Assembly: GCA_002633005.1 (NCBI GenBank)
Contig: NMRA01000001.1
Coordinates: 3,696,659 to 3,760,658 of the forward strand
Origin: Phoronis australis
Taxonomy: Eukaryota > Animalia > Phoronida
Reading direction: 5' to 3'
DNA length: 64,000 bases
Position 1 is the first letter of the stretch. Every line of letters starts with the position of its first letter. The translations under genes were made by a program, and so were the position numbers. Below, piece by piece: positions 1-10,953 of this stretch. The notes below the pieces were generated by a model that searched no databases, was not told the DNA's origin, and was given only the letters and a program-made list of their open reading frames with translations.

Positions 1-571
1 AACACAGAAGCTTTCGGATACTATGCTTTAGGAGCTATTTTCCAATAAGGTGTTAGAAATTTTTTCAAATGCTCCACGTTAGGATGAAGGGCTATCGAAA
101 ATAAGACTTTTATGATTTTCAAGAAAAAGTCAAAAAGTTGCAAAAAATAAAAAAAAATAGAAAATGAATGTAGAAAACTGTAACAACACTTTTGAGATTT
201 CATCTTGAACACTTGCATCAAATGAAATTAGGTCACGTTATTGATGCCGTTGTTTTGCTATTAATGCAACTCTCATTTTTCCTGTCACCAAAAAGACATG
301 ATCACGTTTTAACCAAATTATTGACAGATTATTAAAAAGACAAGAATCAAAATTCTAGAGTGACTCTAGTCTTTGGCTAAAGCATGTTTTTAAAATATAA
401 CATATTTTATCCTCTACAAAATTAACAAAGTTGATTAATATCATTATCATTATCATTATTATTACTGCGCAGCTGGAGTGTGACAAAAATCCATCTTGCT
501 TCTTATCAAGCATAAAGGTATTGTGTTCAGTGACGTTTACTCATTCTACAAATCAAACCCGGGACCGATAC

Positions 572-1355
572 CTTCAACATATTCTGTTAAGATGACTTTA
601 ATAGGCGGAGCTTTCTCGAGGTTTTTATTGACCACCACTTCATAGATCTTGTTCCGCTGTCGAATGCGGGGAAATTTGTGTTCTTTAGTTAAACCCAATT
701 CCTTTGTGCGACGAACTATCACGGTGGTCTGAAAGAGACATTACGGTTTACCTAAAGATGCTACTATTACTATTACTATAAAACAAATAATTCAATCAGT
801 TTGCTGAATTTAAAACAAAAACAGAATGTATTTACGTATTCAATGCTTGCTTAAACTGTCATTAAACCCGCGTTGAAGAAATGACAAATGTCAGGCCTTC
901 CTGAACCCAGAGATGACTTTGAAACCGAGTAAGGAACAAGATAAGAACAATTCTAAAACCTCCTGTGGCCTAAACAAAACTCTTTCTAGACTGAAAGTAC
1001 AGGTTTTGAATGCTGCTTTAATCACATCATATTTGGATTGACTATGTCCAGGAATAGGCATACAGTCAAAACACTTAGTGTATGACCTATCAACAATCAC
1101 CTGTGCTTGCATAACATGGCAAGCTCAACAACTTCAAACTTCAGATAACTGTATGAGAGATAAGCAAAAACTCAAATTGTACACAATGCAACCAATCAAA
1201 CAGTTCAAGAGCTAAGTAATTACAGTGACAGCTAATTTCTCTCATTAAAGCTAACTTACCCGAATTTGCTGCAAGCTGAAAGCTGGAGGTTGAACCAAAA
1301 GACATCCTTTTTGAGCAGTGGAACAAAGCAGACCTCTAGCAAGGTTTAATGCCAT
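572..1355 (-). CDS. MRPL9: Mitochondrial ribosomal protein L9 (bL9m), 5' part; gene continues beyond the window start
   Basis: Coding exons 1355-1260 (MALNLARGLLCSTAQKGCLLVQPPAFSLQQIR, donor CGG|gtaagt, targeting-peptide-like) and 728-572 (acceptor tctttcag; TTVIVRRTKELGLTKEHKFPRIRQRNKIYEVVVNKNLEKAPPIKVILTEYVE, donor G|gtatcg). The junction FSLQQIR|TTVIV matches recalled human MRPL9 FSLSQNRGTVIV...PRLHRRHRVYKLVED...LILTQSVE. A probable upstream exon ends at 2983 (GAG|gtaaga). Confidence 0.85.
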
Positions 1356-1595
1356 CTCAACACATGGAACCCGATTCACTAAAAGAAAACAGAACCCGAG
1401 TCGGTGAAGATTCACTTTTGAGCAGAAAAGAAATAATCAGGGCATACGGCAAGAGGAGTGCTCCCTGGAAAATGGCCCGTGTTGGAGATAGTCTTCATAC
1501 AGCTAGCTGGCTGGCTAATCGGTAACCTTGGTGCAAAGCCGTATAGTAAATCTTTGCGACGATGAGGGTAAAAATGGCCAAATAAAATCTGAAAC

Positions 1596-1782
1596 ACAAT
1601 TAGCACTAGTCATAAAGAACTACACTCTTCCTTGAGCCAACTAAATTATTTATCGGTGTTATCAGGGTCCATTTATTGTATCCAACTAAAGCCTCTAGTC
1701 GGATACACAATATGGTAGAGGCGAGCCAAGTAATTTAGTTTACTTAAGATAGAATGTAGATTTTAATGACACTAATTTTGTG
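1596..1782. mobile_element. Short imperfect fold-back (MITE-like) element
   Basis: cacaattagcactagtcataaagaactacactcttccttgagccaactaaattattt is an imperfect reverse complement of aagtaatttagtttacttaagatagaatgtagattttaatgacactaattttgtg. Confidence 0.5.
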
Positions 1783-1873
1783 TCAGATTTTATTTGCCCA
1801 ATCTTTTTCCCACATCGGCATATTAGCCTATATTATTTAGTATACAACTTTGCACCAAGGTTAGGTGGCTGGC

Positions 1874-2808
1874 TAGGCAATGACCATCACCTCTGTTGGC
1901 CTGACCAGAGGTGATGCAGCTCCTATAGGTGCTCCATACGCCGGAAGCTTTTCGGCTAATTATGCCTCGCACCGACTAAGACATCAAAGTCACGTTGTTA
2001 TAAATACCTTTTGCGCATAGAGGAACACCTTAGGAGGTTGTCGATGTGTTTAATTCCTTCCAACTCGAACAAATACTCCTGTTATCAAACTTTTACTTCG
2101 AGCAGTCCCTATTTCAGTTCCCAAAATCGTGAACTCACCATTTGTATACTGCGCAATTTTTACTGCGCTGGCTAGGTGATGTGACTTCATGACCTCAATC
2201 TTTAAATAGGCCAAAGGTGAGCCATTGCGGTCTTGTCAGTCAAATGTTCATTTCCAAAATGCCACCACTACTGGTCTTTAATTGGCATTACTTGAAACTG
2301 ATTGTATTCCAATGAATTATTGTTTGTATTTGATAAAAATAAATGCTGTTGATATGACATTTAATAGTCTTTGTGCACATATTTGACACTTTAATGTTCC
2401 CGGCAGCATGTACGCAGAGGGCAGGGACTTCAGCTTTCAAAAGTTCGCCAGTAGGACCGCAACTTCTGAACTTCGGCCTGGTTAAAAGAATGAGGTCATA
2501 TCTCCTGGCGTGCACCGCGTGAAAATGGTGAGTTCACAATTTTTGGAACTGAAATAGGGACTGCTCGAAGAAAAAGTTTGATAACTGGAGTATTTGTTCG
2601 AGTTGGAAGGAATTAAACACATCGAAAACCTTCTAAGGTGTTTTTCTATGTGCACAAGGTGTTTATATCAACGTGACTTTGATGTTTTAGTCGGTGCGAA
2701 GTATAATTCGCCGGGAGCTTTTCGGCCTCCGGCGTATGGAGCGCCTATACGAGCTGCATCGCCTCTGCTCTGGTCGGGCCAACAGAGGCAATGGATGGTC
2801 ATTGCCTA
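1874..2808. mobile_element. Non-autonomous DNA transposon / fold-back element with about 270-bp terminal inverted repeats, in MRPL9 intron 1
   Basis: Arms about 1874-2145 and 2522-2808 are reverse complements (taggcaatgaccatc/gatggtcattgccta; acatcaaagtcacgttg/caacgtgactttgatgt; gagcagtccctatttcagttcc/ggaactgaaatagggactgctc). TA at both extremities. Related copy at about 29650-30640. Confidence 0.85.
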
Positions 2809-2982
2809 CAGTAGTGGCTGTCGGTGCTAACGTTTTTTATAATATTTTCCATGCCGATAAGCAAAATAGTATCTTGATTCAAAACTGAGGTAAAGTGGTC
2901 TGGATATCTGCGCACAAAAAAAGAAAACAACATCGATTAAACGCACTCGAACTCCCAAAAATCTTAAAAAGCGTACTCTTAC

Positions 2983-3227
2983 CTCTGTCAAGGGCGCCGC
3001 CATTAAAATTTCCTCATCTTCCAATATAGGTTTTTAAAAGAAATGTTCTATTTGAGTTTTTTGCAAGTTATAGAAATAACTAAATACAAATTAAAACCAA
3101 ATAGATATATTTTACTGTTATAAATTATAAAATATTGTTAATAATTGGTCTTGTAGAACTCAACAGGAAAACGCATTTACTTATATTTTGGAGCATCATT
3201 TACCAGGAACCACCTTGAAAGAAGATG
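2983..3227. promoter_or_regulatory. Bidirectional promoter region between MRPL9 (minus) and COMMD4 (plus)
   Basis: Divergent first exons about 220 bp apart: minus-strand ATGGCGGCG at 3003 with donor at 2982, and plus-strand ATG at 3225 with donor gtaagt. YY1-type motif GCCGCCATT at about 2996-3004. Confidence 0.65.
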
Positions 3228-6200
3228 GTAAGTGTTGCTCGTTTGTAATTTGTATTTGTTGATTTTGTACTGGGAGCTAACATATGTGAGCGGGAAATTT
3301 CACTCCAGTTCAGGACTATTTACTCATGTAGTGCTTGAATGGTAAAATAGCTAAGTAGCTTAAGTAATGATGCTTAGAGGACAACAGCGCTTTTGCTGGG
3401 GCACATTTACTTTGGTCAGCTGGGTGTTTGCTGCTCTTGGAGAAGTGCACGCCCACTGGCGGATCTAGAATATTGTAAGAGGGGGCCTCAGTAAAATATA
3501 AAGGTGGAATACTGACAAGTTAAATCTTTGTCCTGTTCATTTGACAAAATTTTTTGGTATTTAAGCAGTTATCACCTCAGCTGCCTTTTGCTTTGTGCAC
3601 AGTTCTTTGCTTCAGTTTTCTTCCTTTATGTGATTCATTTGAAAGATTGTGTTTATAGGCATTTGAAAATTTCAGCAATAAATTATTGTATTTTGTTTTG
3701 CAGAGGTTCAGATTCTGTGGAGATCTCGATTGCCCAGACTGGGTATTGGCTGAAATCAGTACGCTGTCGAAAGTCGTAAGTTTTGGAATTGTACCTACTG
3801 CAAATATTATTTTTGTGCTTTGTTACCATGCAGTCTTGCAATCATCCTTATGGTTGTTAAATTTGAAAGTACGGTTAACAGATAAATGGACATCAATGTT
3901 TGTCATTATAAACGGAAAAATACATACATCATCCTTAAGATTCAAGTCATTTACCTGGCAACCTTATCCCAGTTGTTGTGAATAACGCATGTACACTCTT
4001 GAATGTATTGGTCAATATTGACTTGGGAAAGGATATATTTAGTGGTAATTCAATATCAAAATATATTTCTCTATTCTGTGCAAGTGAAAACAGTGTCAGA
4101 CTTATGTAATAGTCAGTCCCAGGGGTCCCACATTTTGAGAATCGATCTTCACTAAATCATGGGAAACAACCTAATTCTCAAAATCTTGGCCCCTTTAAGT
4201 GACTATTGCTGCAAAACGTTTTTAACCAACATTTCATTATTTTTAGTTCTAACGAGTTATTCACATCAAACACATTGGTTTTCTTTCAGACCTCTGTCAA
4301 AATGAAGCTGCTCTGCGTACAAGTTATAAAAAATTTACTAGGAGACCAGATCGACGTAAGTTATTGACGTGAAGTCTTTCCTGTTGTGAATTTATTCACA
4401 TACGTTTTTGTCCTGCAGAACTCTAAAATGGGTAATGACAAGATGAGATGTTTCTGAAGAATTTTGCAAAATATATCCATCACATGTTGTTTTTTATTAC
4501 TAGTAAATATGGGTGTGTTGTATGGTTTTAATCTTGTTAATCTGATTGAGTTATTTTTTGAATCTGTGTATCATCTACTAGATATTATAAATTAGTTTTA
4601 TTTTTCAGTATGATAAAGTAAACAAGTTGACAGCTGATGCTAAATTCGGTAAGTAAATTGAATCAAAATCCTTTTCTATTCCAAACTCAAAATTACTTGC
4701 TCTTTAAGAGAGTCATAAATGTTACCATTTGTCCGAGACTATTATACATGATTTTTCCCTGTTATACACAACTACTAGTCACAATATGGGTTGATTGCAT
4801 TTCAATGACTGCTTCTGTGGCTAGATTCTCTTGTGTAATTCGAGGTATTTTAGTTTGAACTTCATTGGTGAGTCTTTATCTTGACTGTTTGAGTGAATAT
4901 GTCGCAGTGTAAAATAGTGAATTTTGTCATTTCTTCAGATTGTTGAACTTATCTTATAGACGTAGTCAGTAACGTTAGTCATATGCAGATTTCTTCATCT
5001 TCTGTGTAACTCATGTTACTAATCATCTTGGCATGTCTCATTTAAATTTTATCTCCCTCATGCCTTTGACAATGTCCTGAGCTTTAAAACAAAGGTACCC
5101 ATTCATAACTTTGGCATTGTGGGTCTATTTTGTCCACCGTCATTAAAGCATCATAGTTGATATTTAAGCTTGCCTATCTTTATTTATCTAGGTTTTAAAT
5201 TATAAGTTTGACACTGCACCTATTGCAGAACTTATCTCTGTCTGAAATATAATTTACATATGAATTTACAACTTTGAAACAGCTTAATTTCCTGTGCACA
5301 ATTTCCGTCGATTTCCATTGTTAATAGCTGACCACAGTAAAGTGGTGAACCCCTGAATGCAGTTAGCCCTATTCAGACATTGGCCGAAGTGTTGTAACCT
5401 GCACTTTCAGCAACATTTTTCAAAATCTATTTCAATGTAGAAATATGGCATGTAATAGTTTCTATATTTTGACCTTTCTTCAATTTCCTTTCGACTGCAT
5501 GGAGTTAGTGATTGGCATTGTAAAGGTAACTTGCCATAGCTTTACGATCAGATGTTAAAACACCCGTTCAAAATTGATTCTAGAATCCTGTCTTATTACG
5601 CATATACAACTTTAAAAAAACAAAAATACTGTCTGAAAATTCTTGATGTTTTAAGTGAGCATTTTGAATTGGATATTTTAGTATAATATAGTGTTAATAG
5701 AGAAATGGTTGTGTCTCTGGTTCATTACATAAAAGCATGTCCAGCCATCGACGGTGGATTCTGGGTCCTACAAAAACTATATTGAGAAGCTCATCACAAG
5801 AAAACGCTAAACTGGGCTTGTGTATTTGTTTTGAACAGAGTCTGGAGATGTCAAAGCCAGTATTGCTGCCCTATCGTTCATCCTGTCAAGTGCAGCCAAG
5901 TATGATGTTGATGGCGACTCTCTGTCTAACGAGCTACAGCAGCTGGGTCTACCCAAAGGTAAGTGACCAATTACACCTGAGCAATAAATTTGAATTTTCC
6001 GACGTCATATTTGGCTCTCCTGCGCCAGAATTTGAAAATCAATTCTGCTGCAAATACAAACTCATGGGAGATAAATTCTTTGTTACGAAATGGGACTCCG
6101 TAGATGTTTGACATCAGTTCAGTGTACTGGTTACAAGCAATATATACCAACCTTCCACAGTATGGAGATGGACATTCGAACGTGTCCATGAATTTTGTAA

Positions 6201-9200
6201 TTTGTGTCGAGTTGGAATTTTCTGTTGTGGAGAGCAGTGTGGAAATATAGCTTTAAACCATCAAATTTCACCCGATACTTGACTCGAATTGGTCGCCTAT
6301 CATGCTATGGGAAATATGAAAGTTTTCTTGAAGTATGATATGTGATTGGTTAATTTTCAAGTTAAATCTCAAATGAAGTTCAGTTGTGTTTTCAACTTCT
6401 GTGAGCGTGCTTGCGGTGTTTTATCTATAAGTGACAAAGCTTAAAAATGGTTCCAATTGCTTAGTGCAATGGACTCACTTGAGCGGCCTGTGCACATCTG
6501 GTACAACGTTTACTAGACTGCTTGTATTTTTTTATTTTTTACACAGTTTATGTAGCTGTAACTGAACATTTAACCTCATCACTAGATGTATTTGAATATT
6601 AAAAATGCTAATGGTTTCTTTGCAGAGCACTCTACCTCACTGTGTAAATCTTACAGCGACAGTCAATCAAAGCTTCAAGATGAATTTAAGAGGCAAAGTT
6701 TAAGATGTAAGACAGTTGTTTAAACCCTGTATTTTCTTATTGCTTTTTTGACTGTTCCAAACATACACCAATCAGTGAGATTTAGTGAGACCAATCGGTA
6801 CAATTGTCATTAATGAAAATATTAATTTCATTCCAATGGATCTTTGCTAATTTTTGTTATTCAGTTACTGAACAAGTAATAACGTATTAATTGAATTCAC
6901 AACCCATGACAGACCCACAAAACTATTAAATGAATGTTCACGTTTATTTCCTTTCTTATTGATAGTTGTGCTTTGAATTCTTTATTATTTCCCCAGTCTT
7001 TGGTTTTGGACTAATTTCCTTTTCACTGTATATCGTACTTGCAATCTCTTTATATGTTTTAGTATCCCACTTAGAATCAGTGGAATGGAGAGCTGACTAC
7101 ATTATCAGTTCAAGTGAACTTCAGGTAACAGTCTTTAGCAGACATTTTACTCCACTGAACAATTTGTCCATGAAAACTGAAATATTTGCATATTTTAATT
7201 CAATGATAATAGTTTTTGGCCAAATTTTAGTTTATTCAGACGATTGTTGACTACTCACTTAAAACTTAAAATTTTGTTACTATGAAACAGTAATGATTGA
7301 TTAATTTTCAAAAGTTAGTTTACTTTTCTTTAAATTTCAAGTTTATTTAAAAATAAATCGTTAATCGTATGTTATAAAATTCCCCTGTGTGCTATACACA
7401 TTGACAGGATCTGGGGTTTCAAGATAGTGTTAACATATTTTTGAGTTTTGTAAGTAAAGTGTCCATGAGAAATAATGAGAGTTTGTGCTACGTACTTGTT
7501 GATGCTCGCTGGTTCCCTATGTGCCTGGCCAGCACGCAGGTATCATGCTGTAGCATGCGCTTTAGCATTGGTTGGTGTAACTGCGGGAGTCACTGGTTAG
7601 CTTTAAAACAACGTGAAAAATGGCGGATTATGAACGACTTCTAGCCTTGTCATGCAAGTGGCGTAGCAGCAACTATACATTTCTACAGTAACGTTTAACT
7701 AGCCGCGTGCTTGAAGCACATACATGTACAATAAACACATATCTGACCGATTTAGCCGGTGCGGTGTTATTAATACTGTATGAATACATGACAGTATCGT
7801 AAACAAAAGTCGTCGGCAGTAGAAAGATGCACTCCGAAAAGGCGCGACCACAATTTCTGGGATTCATATTTCCTGAACATAAATTTTAAGCACCGGTTTG
7901 TCTATACAACAGACCACATTTACACTTGCTCCATCATTCATGTCAGTTTGTTTGGGTAAAGCGCTGCCTGTTGAGTATTTGACCAGCCAATCAGAAACGC
8001 TGGTGTAAAAAAGTTTCCCGATGAAAATTAAGTGATACCTGCGTGCTGGCTACCGACCACCTAGTGGCACGCAGGGAGCCAGCGAGCTGTTGATGTTGCC
8101 TGAGAATGTAAACATCATGTTTTGTCACATCTTCCAGGAGGTGAATGAACCATGTGTTCAGTTGAAGCTAAAAATAAGAAACACAGACAGCAATAGAGTT
8201 GAACCTGTTGCCTTCACATTGTCTTCTGAAAAATTTAGAGTATTTCTCAATGGTAAGTAAAGTGTTGGGAATCGCTATTAATTTTAACTGATTATTTCTA
8301 TTATTTATCAGATATTGGCTACCACTGCATAATCTACAAAGTTCACTTCATTCAAAATCTTGATTTCATCCATACTGTCAACTGTCACTGTTACAGCTTT
8401 TCCTTCTGTCCAGATTTCCAAAAACTTATTAGGAACTTCGCTCTTATGCATTAAAGGCGGATCTAGAAACTTTCCTTACAGGGACTGGACTTAAGTCAAT
8501 TCCCATGAGAATATTCAAGACTCGCATTAGCAAGTCAAAATGCTTCTGGAATCCTAGGGCTGTCCAGCCTGTCTAAAACCTGACTGCTTCAATTCAATTC
8601 GCTGCTCCGTTTCTAGTTTCAAGTTTTCAAGTCTGTTAGTATTTAAGAGAAACTCTTTATGATATTTGTCTATGAGGAGACAAAATGAAAAATTATTTTT
8701 GAACTTTTCTGTGCTTGTTTTAACTGTTTCTATGGATTCATTTTTTGAAATCCATCATAAAACTTATTAAAGGAGAATGCCACCCGATTTAATTAGTCTT
8801 TTTTACCGTTTTAATCGGTCTATATCCACATCGCCTCTTATACGGTCGACCTCACCTTACCAAGAGGTGTTGCGTTAACCTGTTAGGAAGGTGAGAAACG
8901 ACGCAGCGACTTGAGTGGTTTGTCTGCAGAGTGAATACCACTATATTGCGGTGCATTTTTCCCACTTGTCCGAACTATGAAGCTGCGAAGAAAGCGGGTA
9001 TATCATTTTTTCGACTTCCTTGAGAGCCCGAAATGCTTAGGAAGTGGCTCGCGGTAGTGAAGAATGAAAGGTACGCTGTTAATAGCAAGTATGAGGCTGT
9101 GAAACATCTCCATGTCTGTGGCCGGCATTTCGTCGACAGTGATTTCTCTGACAAATTCCGGCTTACCAAAGAACTATCCATATGTTCCGTTGTCTGATCA

Positions 9201-10161
9201 TGTTCACGGCGCCTCTCTAGTATTTCTTGATCAGCCCCGGTTCGAAATGATAGCCTGTTAAACTTAACGATCTGACCCGTGAATTCTTCGTCAGATGAGC
9301 TCTTGATTAAGTCGGGATTGGCGCCGGGCAAGTTGCCACGAAGACGTTTATTATTCTGTGTTCTGTTTCAAAATGAATTGTTCTCATCCTAACCAGTGCT
9401 TATATGAAACTGAAACAAAGTCTGTCTCATATGATACAATTTGTATTGCCTTGGAGTGCTCGTGAGTGCAAATGTTTTGAGAAGCCAGCAATGAATAAAC
9501 CACTGCGTTACAGCTTTTGATGCTGGCAACAAAGGTAATTGACTGGGCACCGAGGCCGTGTGAGCGCATGCTAATTCAGTGTTTGCTGACAGGAAGCTGT
9601 TGTGAAACAATTACTCAATTTTATATACTATGGTCACATGTTAGGGGAATCTTTATGTAGGCTACGGTGTTTCCAAATACCAGTATATCCGTAAAAGCGA
9701 AATAAAACAACACGTTTTTATAAGAACGTGGTATATTTTTAAAGATTTTCTATCGAAGTTTGGTGATTTATTGGTGTTGAACGATGAATTCAAGCAATAA
9801 GCTGACACCACTAACCCGTGTTGTGAAGTGCTGAACAGACTGCGTGTGAAACCAATTACGTCATTGGATGATTTCAACACCTCCGTCTGCCGTCAGGCGT
9901 CAGGTAACCCAACCGAACGTGCTGTTATCGAGTAGAACTACTCGATCTAAATTGATACAAAATAGGTTGTTTTTTGGGTGGCATTCTCCTTTAATACTCT
10001 GTGGAAACGTTTCGAAAAAGAATTCATTCTTTTTCAAAATATTTTCACAGAATAAGAGTTTTATGTCCCGTAAGCTACTTTGAAATAATTATGTATTACT
10101 ATTTTTGATTGTTATAGAATTGAAGCAAGCTCACAGTGCCATGGAGAATTTAACTGGATAA
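3225..10161 (+). CDS. COMMD4: COMM domain-containing protein 4 (Commander/CCC complex subunit), complete, 9 coding exons, 200 aa
   Basis: Exons 3225-3227 (ATG only), 3704-3775, 4290-4355, 4609-4648, 5839-5958, 6626-6706, 7063-7124, 8138-8252, 10118-10161. All GT-AG, phases consistent, 603 nt ending TAA. Translation [25 protein letters not shown]...[49 protein letters not shown]...VEWRADY...[14 protein letters not shown] closely matches recalled COMMD4. Confidence 0.97.
7504..8087. mobile_element. MITE with inverted termini and 7-8 bp target-site duplication, in COMMD4 intron 7
   Basis: Left gctcgctggttccctatgtgcc...gccagcacgcaggtatca; right tgatacctgcgtgctggc...ggcacgcagggagccagcgagc. Flanked by direct repeat tgttgat(g) at 7497-7503 and 8088-8094. 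Confidence 0.8.
8771..9990 (+). mobile_element. Kolobok-type DNA transposon, internally deleted, with THAP zinc-finger remnant, in COMMD4 intron 8
   Basis: Perfect 15-bp TIRs AGGAGAATGCCACCC / GGGTGGCATTCTCCT with TTAA on both sides (8767-8770, 9991-9994). Positions 8949 to about 9180 translate as [40 protein letters not shown]...[13 protein letters not shown], a THAP C2CH signature with one stop. Confidence 0.85.
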
Positions 10162-10862
10162 GAAATAACAACCCTGGAGAGATACTTGTGTTACGTGACA
10201 GTTGTGCATAGATACTGGCCAGGGATGCAGTGGTGCTTTTTGGCAATCGCTTTCTTTTTATAAGCATGTTTGGAAGTGAAATGCGCTCCACTTGATTTGT
10301 GTACTTTTGGGTAACAACCTAATTAGTTGGTAAATATGCGGGCAAATGGAATTCTTGATTGGACAACCAAGGAACGTTTCGACGCGAGTACACATGAATG
10401 TACTTCAAACCCAGGTGTGACGCGTCTGTCTGTAAACAAATGTACCATACGCTTACACCTAATTTATATTATAGCTGAGCCTTGATAGTGTGCGAATCTG
10501 CTGGTACAACACTCATCAAGTGAAGGTGTTTGTGCATAATTCTTGGAAACATCTTGCTTCTTTCACTGATTGCATGTTTGCACGATACCGGGAAGACATT
10601 ACCAGACATTTTCAAAGCATAATTAGGTCATTATTGCAAGTCCACGTTCTGTAGGCAAAGGTCTACTCTTTCTAATGTCATTAATAATTTATCTTCTCTG
10701 TTATATAGTGCTTCTGCAATTACTATTGGAAAAATCGTTTAATAGTCACTTAACCTTAAGTGGTAATTTCTTCCTTACGATATCTTGCGCACTATTTATA
10801 ACAGCTGTGTCCTCTACAGAGAAGGATACTGGGTGAAACTGGCTGGACCAGTTGACTCTCAT

Positions 10863-10953
10863 CCTATTGTATCATTCAAAGTGAGGATAATCCCCTATTG
10901 TATCATTCAAAGTTAGGATAATCCCCTATTGTATCATTCAAAGTTAGGATAAT
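10863..10953 (+). repeat. Tandem repeat, 3 x 31 bp
   Basis: Unit cctattgtatcattcaaagt(t/g)aggataatcc repeated three times downstream of the COMMD4 stop. Confidence 0.9.

Noticed and set aside
2827-3024. 65-aa minus-strand ORF as a single long MRPL9 first exon
   Set aside because: A strong donor follows MAAPLTE, the read-through runs toward the fold-back element, and a better targeting-peptide exon exists at 1355-1260.
9021-9023. In-frame TGA in the THAP remnant (and in the right-edge candidate gene) as selenocysteine
   Set aside because: It is not at a conserved Cys position, no SECIS was recognised, and simple decay (for example CGA to TGA) explains it.
10863-10953. 31-bp repeats superficially like a CRISPR array
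   Set aside because: The units are directly adjacent with no unique spacers, there are no cas genes, and the context is eukaryotic.
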